Part shown: positions 46,126 to 55,566 of the stretch, piece by piece
How positions within the stretch are numbered: position 1 is the first letter of the stretch
Layout: every line of letters begins with the position of its first letter
From: Diplonema japonicum
Lineage: Eukaryota; Protista; Euglenozoa: Diplonemea
Length of the DNA: 64,000 nt
Reading direction: 5' to 3'
Assembly (NCBI GenBank): GCA_964019335.1
Contig: OZ025654.1
Coordinates: 1 to 64,000, forward strand
Translations under genes and position numbers: made by a program
The notes under the pieces: generated by a model
Seen by the model: the letters and a program-made list of their open reading frames with translations, nothing else
The model's database searches: none
Told to the model about the DNA's origin: nothing

Positions 46126-47142
46126 CTATTCTTGTTGCCAACAACGGTAATGACTTTTTCTGCCTTTACCCTCGGGCTCCAGTAAAAAAGAATGCGGACG
46201 GTGAAAGGTATAGTTCATTCCTTGGAGGCAGGTGAGTGGTACAATTTCACGACTCTCTGAAATTACTTCACCACGAGGGACCTGACCTTGTCGGTAGCGT
46301 TCAACATGCTGAAGTAGGTTCACAGTGAAACAGTGAAGAGGCTCCGAAGGGCTCTCAAAGTCCAGTGCCAAAAAAAAAAAAAAACTCGATAAAATTTCAG
46401 TGTGCATGGAGGTGCTCACTGTGAAAAAATAGCTATTTACTGCCAACAAGTAATGACTTTACCGTTACCTCGAGGTTCCGCATTTTACCGTCGAGGGCCC
46501 GCAGGGCGGAACCGAGAGGTCGGTAAAGCATTACTTGGCGGCAGGTAAGTGGTTTTATTTCACGACACTCTGAAATTACTTCACCACGAGGGGCACAACG
46601 GGGTGACAAGGGGTACAACAAGAGAGGGGTTACAAAGGTTACAATACAAGTTGTTTTCCCTCCTTTTGTTGACTAAGAGCTGCCGCTGTCGCTGGCATTG
46701 CCACTGTCACCATCTCTTCCCATACCTGGCGCGGCCGCTGGCTCCTTTTTTTCTGCTGCTTCGGTATTTTGAAGTCTTTTGGAGCTTTGGGTAAGCTGAC
46801 TAAGTTACCCTTACCCACAGAAGAGTTACCCACATAAACTGGGAACAAGGCCTAGCCAAAAGTGGGCAAATCGGGAGGAAAAAGTAGTCCAACTTGGAAC
46901 TGAGCCGAGGCAAAAGTTGGCCAATTGAGCTGAACCTGGGGGGAAATTAGCAAACTGAGAGGAAAAAGTACTCCAAACTTGGAAACCGAACCGAGGCAAA
47001 AATTGGCCTACCGAGGCATATTATTTACCGGAAACCCCTATTACTTCACGGAAAACAGGCCATTATTTCACCGTGAAGTAATGAGATTTAGCGTGAAGTA
47101 ATGGGCCCCCCAGTGCGTGAAGTAATTTCTGAAGAGTGAAAT
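46126..47142. repeat. Complex of degenerate direct and inverted repeats (probable DNA-transposon termini relics)
   Basis: 46126-46281 resembles 46433-46593. (C)GTGAAGTAAT occurs x3 at 47072-47126, with inverted copies at ~46262, ~46575 and ~47040. 46875-46922 resembles 46959-47008. Confidence 0.6.
46385..46423 (-). repeat. LINE 3'-end stem-loop motif, copy D
   Basis: + strand ctcgataaaatttcagtgtgcatggaggtgctcactgtg, between A tracts. Confidence 0.8.
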
Positions 47143-47692
47143 AAAAAAAAAAGAAAAAGAAAAAAAGAAGAGGAAGTTGTAAAATTGAATTTTGTCTTTC
47201 AATCAACACATTCATCAAGTAAATAAAAAAGGACAGAATCCAATTTTCTTCAAAAAAAAAGAAGAAGAAATTACAAAGGGGAGGGGGAGGAGGGGATGAG
47301 TACTTGTGTTCAGTTTCTTCTCTTTCTTTTGAAAATGATACAAACAAGAAAACAGTAAAACAAAACAAAAAAAAACTCTTAGGAATACCTTTATGAGAAG
47401 TTATAAACCTTTTATTTCTTTTCCTCTCCTCCCTTATTCAGTTCTTCACACATGGCATAGAGCATAGAGCAGTTTGAGGAGGAAATTCACACTTTTTCTG
47501 AATGCCGACCTCACCACGAGTTACCGTTACCAGAAAGGATAAGAATACATGAGTTTAAAAGGAGGTCTTGTGCGACGCCCTTCTGTTCTCATCACTACTT
47601 GCATCTAGCCCCCTTCTGCAGCGGTTTCTCCTCCCCTCCAGCTCGCTGGACCAACTAAAAAAAAAGGGAACTTCTTCATCTACAAAAAACTC

Positions 47693-47773
47693 TTTTTTTT
47701 TTTTTTTTGATAAATTTCGGTGTGCAGGCGCTCCCTGTTCACTTAGAAATTCACACCGGTGTCTGCGGTGGTT
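47693..47773 (-). mobile_element. Extremely 5'-truncated LINE copy with poly(A) tail (copy E)
   Basis: T16 on + (a poly(A) on -), then gataaatttcggtgtgc, agaaattcacac (covering the RT stop codon) and ggtgtctgcggtgg, matching 2906-3001. Confidence 0.85.
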
Positions 47774-48926
47774 AAAAAAAAAAAAAGAAAAAGAAAAAGA
47801 AAATAGAAGAAGCCCGTATGTTTTACGTCTGGAGAAGCGTGGAAGCATTAGCAACGGCCCCCTTCCAAACAACAAAAAAAGTACAGAACCGAGTTTTATA
47901 TTCGTTTACAAGTGGAGGAAGGTACAGTGGTGTCGAAAATAGAAGGGAGGGGGGTGTGATAGCGCTTGGGCCCAATCTTCAAGGACGCAGAAGTAACCTC
48001 GAAACAAACCTAAGTAGCGTATCCCCTTCCCTCCCTTCTTTTTCACAAAGCAATATGCTCAAATTTAAAACTAAAGTGCCAGTAATGAGAAAAAGGCACT
48101 CTTCTTCATTCTTTCTTTTCTTTCTTTCTTCTTTTTTTTTTTTCTTTTTTAGGTAGTATCCGTACCGCATGCAATGCAGAGGATCAAAAAAAAGGTTTTT
48201 TTATCGCAAAAGAGAGATGATGATGCCACTTTTCGCAACGCCTTTCTTGACAGAAAGTAAATACAATGCATCACCCTAAGAACATATTTCTTCTTTTCTC
48301 TATTTCTTTTTTCTTTTAAATAACGAATGCTATTCCGTACCACGTGTGATGCAGGGGATTCATTATTCTTTCTCTTCTTTTCTTTTTTTCTTCTAAATAA
48401 AAAAAAGGGAGAGGGGGGGGGGGGGATTTATCGTTTTCTTTTTGCAGCATTGCACTGGTGGCCAGCAACGCAGAGCTTAAGAAGTATTTTGCATTTTGCT
48501 CTTATAAACTGGCAAAACGGCACTTTTTGAAGCTAGACTTTTGTGCTCAGTCATTTTGCTACTAGCACACCACGGTGTTTCCCAAACGCTATCCGAAGGA
48601 TTTCAAAAATCGTTTGGTGCACTTGCATTTTATAGCTTTAAAACGGATAAGAAAACGAAAAAACGGTCCTTTGTAAAGTGGCGTGTGCTCTATGCGACTT
48701 AGAGGGTCGCATTTGATTTCTCAAAAAAGAAAACACACTTATTTGGGGGTACAAGAAAAAAGAAATAGGGGTTACATGCTGCCATATTTCTTTTCTTCTC
48801 GTAAATTTCAAAAAAAAAAGATGTCTTTGAAGGGAACCTGCAGTATGTGACAGGATCGCCTAACGACAATCAACTCATCTAGTGTTTGATCCCTTCTGTC
48901 GTGGTAGTGTAGTACAGGCACGGTCG

Positions 48927-48968
48927 ATACCAATAAAGTACAGAAACTGTAGCTTTAGAATCGTTGGT
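48927..48968 (-). ncRNA. Spliced-leader (mini-exon) sequence plus GTAT; solitary SL RNA gene, pseudogene or retro-copied mRNA 5' end
   Basis: Minus strand ACCAACGATTCTAAAGCTACAGTTTCTGTACTTTATTG|GTAT. The 3' part CAGTTTCTGTACTTTATTG is the conserved euglenozoan SL end, and ACCAACG is diplonemid-like as I recall it. Confidence 0.88.
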
Positions 48969-49194
48969 AAAAAAAAAAAACGAGGTTTTTATATTTCTTT
49001 TTTTGAACAAAAATGGTGACAGGGTTTGAAACATTCTTAGGGGGGAGCACTACTTGTTCTTCCCCCCCTTTTTTTTCTTTGCTTTCTTTTCCTTTTATTA
49101 ATCTCCTGACTATCTACTGGGGTTTAAAAATGGTAACGTTGAGTAGAACCCGAGGGGGCTCGGGGGGGGGGGGGGGGGGGGGGTTCGCACGTAT

Positions 49195-51066
49195 CTATTG
49201 ATCAGTCTTTCCATCATTTGCAAGCGCAAGGACGATGATGAACCAAATAATGTTCATCAAGAAGAAGACTAACGGGGTGGCCACCCTGTACTTGGACTCA
49301 AACCAGTGCAAACTGCTCATGGTCACCCCACGGCCGCAGACGGTGATGGCACGCACCCCGTACTTCTGCAGGATCCCCATCTTCTGAATGAACTGCGAGA
49401 ACCTCTCGTAGCTCAAGGCCTGGTCCTCCTTCTCCTTGTTCGCAACGTACCTCACGAGAGGCATCACATGCTCGTCAGGGACACCCATGTAGAGAAGCAC
49501 AGGCTGGAGAGTGTGACTTGTGATCTTTTCGTGTTTCGTGTTGAAGGTCATGAAGCACTCCTTCAAGTAAGCGTCTTCTTCTACACTGAGGCTAGGTGGG
49601 AACGCACCTTTGGGTGTAGCTGCAGTGTCCCCACCAGCCTCCTCGTCCACCGGCTCTGTTGAGTTGACAGATGTGGAGTTGCCTCCTGTCGTTTCGTTGT
49701 CCCGCTTCATACTGAAGGACATCTCCTTCTTCTGCTTCAGCTCGTCGCTCTCCTTCTCGATGTACTCCCTCTTCAGCTTCCTCAGCTTGTCCCTCGTCTG
49801 AAGCTTCACCATCAGGAAGTTAATCACACCGTACTCTGCTACGTTTATCACGACATACACCAAACAGAGAATGAAATACACGTCCATCGCAGTGATGTAG
49901 CTCACAACAGGGATGTCCGCCTTCAAACCGTTCATCTGGGAGATGAGCACGAGAACAGTCGTGATGCCCATACCCACACGTGCGGGGGAGGACGCAACAT
50001 CGATGTAACACGATCCGAGAGACAGAAGACAGATCAGCCACAGCGGGAGGAAAATGTTCAGGAAATACGTGGCGGGTTCCCTCACGAAGGTGAAGACCCA
50101 CCTCACTCCGGAGAAGGTGACCCCACGATAGGTCTTGTTGCTAAGCTTACCACGCGGAAGCTCCAACTTGTAAGAGTTGAGGGTGTTGATGTTGCACCTC
50201 GAGCAGGCGGTGGGGTTCTCGTCAAACTCGATCGCAGGCGTCTCAGAACGGTCGCTGGTGATGTTGAACAGCAGGATAGAGGCGTCGTACGCGTAGCTCT
50301 CAATGTCTGTGATGCACTCCTGGTAGTCGAAGGGGTAGTACAGCATGTTCATGTCGCAGAAGGACGTGATCTGCAGCAGCCTTGACCACAGGATGTACCC
50401 GTCAGACTGCACAGTGAACGACTCGTCGGAGTCAGGGTTCACGATGTTGGTAGCTGTTGAGAAGAACCCATCTGAGGTCCACAAGAACGGTGTTGCAGTG
50501 GTGGTCGGTGTCATAGAGATGTTGAGGTGTGTCTGCCCACCAAAGTCTTCAGGTTCCCACGCAACCCTAGGGTCAATCCACTCCTGTCTGAAGTACATGG
50601 AGTAAGCATAGGTCTGCGCCTTCGTGTCGATGCTGTTGAACTTGATGATCGTTGCAGAGAGCGAAACCTGCACCGCTTCATCAGCAAAACGCGAAGGTGG
50701 TGGCACTGCCTTCCTATACGGCTCAGCGCGCTTGACACGGAAGACCCTGCCTTCAGAAGCGCAGGTGGCGTTGCTCCATGAAGCCGACGCCAAGCACACA
50801 TCCCCGTCCACTATGAAGTACTTGCCATTGGTGTCCACCGCTTCCCCGTAGCACTGCATCAAGGTGTAGCTTTTTTCTGTGTTGAACTCCGTCACCGGAT
50901 CGGCAAGGCACCCTTTGCTGACGAACTCTGTCGTGCCCTCTGTGATGAAGGCGATGATGTCAGGTGAATAGCTCCCCACACTGCTGTACCCTTGGCACAC
51001 ACATGGCGAAAACAGAACCCACCACACCAGTAGCGCACGTGACGAAAAAAATCGAGCCGTCTTCAT
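49195..51066 (-). CDS. Cys-loop ligand-gated ion channel, predicted anion-selective, paralogue 2
   Basis: Same Cys-loop and PAR-M2 motifs; signal peptide; four TMs. Confidence 0.93.
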   Translation of the reverse strand: MKTARFFSSRALLVWWVLFSPCVCQGYSSVGSYSPDIIAFITEGTTEFVSKGCLADPVTEFNTEKSYTLMQCYGEAVDTNGKYFIVDGDVCLASASWSNATCASEGRVFRVKRAEPYRKAVPPPSRFADEAVQVSLSATIIKFNSIDTKAQTYAYSMYFRQEWIDPRVAWEPEDFGGQTHLNISMTPTTTATPFLWTSDGFFSTATNIVNPDSDESFTVQSDGYILWSRLLQITSFCDMNMLYYPFDYQECITDIESYAYDASILLFNITSDRSETPAIEFDENPTACSRCNINTLNSYKLELPRGKLSNKTYRGVTFSGVRWVFTFVREPATYFLNIFLPLWLICLLSLGSCYIDVASSPARVGMGITTVLVLISQMNGLKADIPVVSYITAMDVYFILCLVYVVINVAEYGVINFLMVKLQTRDKLRKLKREYIEKESDELKQKKEMSFSMKRDNETTGGNSTSVNSTEPVDEEAGGDTAATPKGAFPPSLSVEEDAYLKECFMTFNTKHEKITSHTLQPVLLYMGVPDEHVMPLVRYVANKEKEDQALSYERFSQFIQKMGILQKYGVRAITVCGRGVTMSSLHWFESKYRVATPLVFFLMNIIWFIIVLALANDGKTDQ

Positions 51067-53073
51067 GTTTTTTCTTGTTTTTTTTTCTTTGTTGCAACTG
51101 GATATTTAAAAAAGAAAAAAAAAGAAAAAAACTATCAACATAACCATGAGGGGGGGGGGGGGGGGGGGGAAGGAAAACCGCACCTGCGAAACAAAAAAAA
51201 GACTTCTTGGAGTTGCTTTTGGTGTACTTGGCCTTTTGTCTGCTTCTGATGATGTCCACTTCTTGGGTGATCCGCTGTGTGGCGCGGTCCCACTCAAGTC
51301 GCCTGGACCAGAAGCGTATTCTCAGTGGCTTCAGCACGAGTGGTACGTTCTTTTTCTTTTTGACGAAAGTCATTGGAAAATGTATAAAAATAAAGGGAGG
51401 AAACAATTTTGAGCAGTAGTACAGTAGTAGGCAAGAAGGGGTATTCAAGTCCGTACCCATGTGAGTGGGTTCATGGTAGGAACACTGCCTCCTCCTAGTC
51501 ACTGGTTTAGAGCTTTTTCTTTAACGAAAGTCCTTTTCGTTTTACAATAATTAATTGGAAAATGTACAAAACAAAAACATATCACTGTGTATATCACCAA
51601 CGATGCAAGGGGAGAACACAAGGGGGGGGGGGGTTCTTTTTTCTCTTTCGTGGTTTTGTTTTTGTTCGGTGCTTCTAAGAATACAAAAACAGAGGGAGGC
51701 GAATAGAAAGATAGAAGTTGGAAAGCAAATGCTAGCTAACTTATGAGAAGCGGCAAAGGGGTGTAAAAAAAAAAAAAGAGTTGTTTGTTGTTTGTGTAAA
51801 GTCGAGTTTTAGAAGGTTAAAGTCAATGCACCGCATCGACTTTTTTTTAATGCAAATAACAATTCATTTCGAAATGAACCACGTCTCATAGAAAGGTTCT
51901 TGCATATGATTGAGCTGTGGAGATCTTAAGAATGGTTTAATGATGTTGGCTGTAGGTATGGGCCGTTGTTGTTAATTTCTAAATTGTGTTTCAAATGGAT
52001 CTGCCCCTCTTTTTTGTGCGTTAAAAGAAGAAAAAGAAATTCACTATGATAGGAACGAAGTGGTTAGCAACGGCCCGCAAAAAATACGTATGGAATAGGT
52101 AACAAGGATTATCTCGGGCAAGCTTCAAAAGAAAAGAGAAGCCGTGCATTAGCAGCATCATTTTTCTTTTGTAATTATAAGAAGTAGAAGAAAAAAGCAA
52201 AAATAATTTCAATTTCTTTTACGACCATATGTCCTTGTTGTTCGCACGAGCAAAAAAAAAAAAAAAAAAAGATAAAAAGCCTGCGAAGGTTTTCTGCTCG
52301 GCACAAGTTGCATATAGTTATAAAATCATTTTTTAATAAAATATTTGAAAAAAAGAAAATAATATTTTCTTCTCTTCGCACGGACAAAGAAATCAAAAAT
52401 AGGGAGAAGAAAAACCCTGTTTCTTCATAGTGCTAAAAAAAAAGGGGGGGGGGTAAATCGATTGTCAACTCCTACTTTTCGCCAAACCCCCTGCCCTGCC
52501 CCGAAAGGTCCAATGCCCTATTTTAATGACTAGTTGCTGTAAAAAGTGAAAATGTTTCCAACTGCTTTCTAGACGCCGAAAGAACTCGGGACATTTGTCA
52601 GTCCGGCACTTAAGCACTTTTGCAAACAAAACAAAAAAAGAATAGGAAATCAGGGTTCTCTCCTTTCCCGTCAGAAAGATTTCTTTTTGCCCGGACGCGA
52701 TCTAAAAGAAAATAGCAAGGGAGAAAGAAAAATGGGGCTTTGATTGCAACACTAAGTGGCGTTAAGCGTGCAACGAAGCATGAACTGTCTACTTGATTAC
52801 AGGGAGGGGCACACCGCGGCCGGGCTGTAGCTTCTTCTGCGTTCCGCGTTGATGCGTGCGGTGTGCAACTCAACCATAGACGTGGCGTCCCGGGTAACCA
52901 AGATTCTGCACTCGTGCATTTTGCTGCCTGTTCGTCATCCTGAGCATATGCAATACGTTCTTTACTCGGGCGCTACCGGTGATGACCGACGAGGAGGTCA
53001 ACAGCGAACAACACATCTGATGTACTTCTTATATTTCCATGTTATCCCCACCACCTTTAAAAAAAAAAGAAAC

Positions 53074-53111
53074 TTGATAAACTTCGGCGTGCGGGTGGGT
53101 GCCCACCGTGA
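53074..53111 (-). repeat. LINE 3'-end stem-loop motif, copy F
   Basis: + strand ttgataaacttcggcgtgcgggtgggtgcccaccgtga. Confidence 0.82.
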
Positions 53112-53388
53112 GAAAAAAGAAAAAGAAAAAAGAACTCTCTTTTGTGGCTTAATTTTCGCACGAGCTAAAAAAAAAAAAAACTGTTTTTTTGCTCGACACA
53201 AATTGCACTGTAAGTAATAAACCATTTTCTTTTTTTGTGAAAGAAAAAATAGTTGTAACAAAAAGAAAGAGTGCGGTTAATTGTTGTGTGGTGCACAGCC
53301 GGGTGTTAACCCGTAGAAGGATATGCCCAACGATGCTACCACTACTCCGGACTTTTTTTTGGGAGTTCGAAAACTTTTGTTTTTTGAT

Positions 53389-53480
53389 TACTGTAAAACA
53401 AAAAACTACCGGACGGAAAAATGTCCGGGTTTCTTTAGTGTCCAGTAGTTTTACCGTCCGACATTATTCGTTTTACAGTA
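53389..53480. mobile_element. Possible 88-bp micro-MITE with TA flanks
   Basis: TA-CTGTAAAAC ... GTTTTACAG-TA, plus internal inverted segments (aaaactaccggac / gtccagtagtttt). Confidence 0.4.
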
Positions 53481-53620
53481 TTTGAGGGGAAAAAAAAGGG
53501 AGCACATGCAACCATAGGTGGTGTTGTTAAATACAAAAAGTACCGGTAGGAAGTGTCAAGGTAGGAAGTGTCAAAGTCGCTTTGTTTACACCCTTTCGTA
53601 CGAATATTTCCTCTTCCATA

Positions 53621-55465
53621 TTATTGATCATTCTTACCGTCATGAGACAGTGTTAGGACAACTGCGAACCAAACTACATTCATTCCCACAAAGATAAAAG
53701 GGGTGACTATTCTATAACGAGCTTCAAACCACCTCAGGCTGCTCATCGTCACCCCCCGACCCAAGATGGTGGTGGCACGGACACCATACCTCTGCAAGAT
53801 CCCCATTCTTTGAATGATCTCTGCGAATTTCATGTAAGAGAGATCCTCGTTGTTCTTCTCCTTCAGCAGCGTGTATTTCATAAAAAGCTTTATGTTCTCA
53901 CTTGGAACCCCCATGTAAAAGAGCACAGGCTGCAAGGTGCTGCTTGTGATCTTTTCGTGTTTTGTGTTAAATGTCTCAAAGCATTCCTTTAAATATGCGT
54001 CTTCCGCTTCGGTCAGTGGTGTGGGCTGTTCCTCGTAGACAGGGCAGGTGCTCTCAAGTGAGTAATCCTTGTAAGACGAGACAGACTTGTTGTCATTATC
54101 GATGGAACGGCCGGATCTGCTGAACGAGAAGTACTTTTCATTGTCGACCGGTTCGCTCTTCTCCTCTTTTTCGATGTACTCCCTCTTCAGCTTCCTCAGC
54201 TTGTCCCTCGTCTGAAGCTTCACCATCACATAATTAATCACACCGTACTCCGCCACATTCGCCACAACATACACCAAACACATGATCAGGTACACGTCCA
54301 TCGCAGTGATGTAGCTCACAACAGGGAGGTCCGCCTTCAAACCGTTCATCTGGGAGATGAGCACGAGAACAGTCGTGATGCCCATACCCACACGTGCGGG
54401 GGAGGACGCAACATCGATGTAACACGATCCGAGAGACAGAAGACAGATCAGCCACAGCGGGAGGAACGTATTGATGAAATACGTAGCGGGCTCCCTCCCA
54501 AAGGGGAAGACCCACCTCACCGCGGAGAAGGTGACGCTGCGGTACAGCTTGGTATGGTACGACGCCGTGAGGGATTCCAGCTTGTAAGAGTTGAGGGTGT
54601 TGACATTGCACACGGAGCACGCGGTGGGATTGTCATCGAGCTTAATATCATCATTGTGCACTGTACTAGGGGCGGTGCTGAAGTCGCTGAAGTTCAAGAA
54701 GGAAATATCATAGGCATAGCTCTCAATGTCTGTGATGCACTCCTGGTAGTCGAAGGGGTAGTACAGCATGTTCATGTCGCAGAAGGACGTGATCTGCAGC
54801 AGCCTTGACCATAGGATGTACCCATCGTACCGCACAGTGAACGACTCGTCGGAGTCAGGGTTCACGATTTCGATCGCGGTGGAGAAGAACGCGTCAGACG
54901 TCCACATGAACGGTGTCACAGAGGTGGTGCTAGCTCGGGTTAGGTTTACATGCATCTGATTTCCAAAGTCTTTTGGTTCCCAATGCAGCCTCTCGTCAAC
55001 CCATTCCTGTCTGAAGTACATGGAGTACGAGTATCGCTGCCGCTTGGTGTCGATGCTGTTTAACTTGATAACTGTCGCTGACATGTATACATTCACAGGG
55101 CCCGAATCGGTGTTGGGAGGGCTTTCCTTGTTGTATGGTTCAGCTCGCTTCCACCTGAATATCCTGTGCCCACACCTTGGTGTGTTCGTGTCCTTTGTGG
55201 CTCCTTTACTTGCCCAGCATCCTGTCGAGTCTAAATAAAAGAAACGTAGTTTTGCGAGGCGTGCTTCGTCCAAGCATGACATCAGGTGCTTCCCCTCCGC
55301 CAACGGCACAGAACCATTCTCTAAGCACCCTTCGAACATGAGCTCCGCGTCTCCTTTTGTAATATAATCTTTTATGGGTCCCGTATAGTTGGTTATCAAA
55401 CCATCAGCTGCACAGCACGCTGCCAACACCAACAGGGCGACGCGGCACAGCAAGCACAGCGCCAT
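53621..55465 (-). CDS. Cys-loop ligand-gated ion channel, predicted anion-selective, paralogue 3
   Basis: Same Cys-loop and PAR-M2 motifs; signal peptide; four TMs. Confidence 0.93.
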   Translation of the reverse strand: MALCLLCRVALLVLAACCAADGLITNYTGPIKDYITKGDAELMFEGCLENGSVPLAEGKHLMSCLDEARLAKLRFFYLDSTGCWASKGATKDTNTPRCGHRIFRWKRAEPYNKESPPNTDSGPVNVYMSATVIKLNSIDTKRQRYSYSMYFRQEWVDERLHWEPKDFGNQMHVNLTRASTTSVTPFMWTSDAFFSTAIEIVNPDSDESFTVRYDGYILWSRLLQITSFCDMNMLYYPFDYQECITDIESYAYDISFLNFSDFSTAPSTVHNDDIKLDDNPTACSVCNVNTLNSYKLESLTASYHTKLYRSVTFSAVRWVFPFGREPATYFINTFLPLWLICLLSLGSCYIDVASSPARVGMGITTVLVLISQMNGLKADLPVVSYITAMDVYLIMCLVYVVANVAEYGVINYVMVKLQTRDKLRKLKREYIEKEEKSEPVDNEKYFSFSRSGRSIDNDNKSVSSYKDYSLESTCPVYEEQPTPLTEAEDAYLKECFETFNTKHEKITSSTLQPVLFYMGVPSENIKLFMKYTLLKEKNNEDLSYMKFAEIIQRMGILQRYGVRATTILGRGVTMSSLRWFEARYRIVTPFIFVGMNVVWFAVVLTLSHDGKNDQ

Positions 55466-55566
55466 CGATATCTGGGGATATTAGGGGGACGCAAAAATGT
55501 TTTTCATTCACGAAAACGGAACAGAGGGGGGTGGCGCATGGTGTAAACCATTGCCAAGTGTGTGAA

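Noticed and set aside
42661-53485. Short Phe/Lys-rich ORFs in the spacers (e.g. 42861..43352, 47063..47368, 50960..51502)
   Set aside because: Translations of poly-A/T tracts.
53546-53575. 14-bp tandem duplication GGTAGGAAGTGTCA(A)
   Set aside because: Simple local slippage; only two copies.
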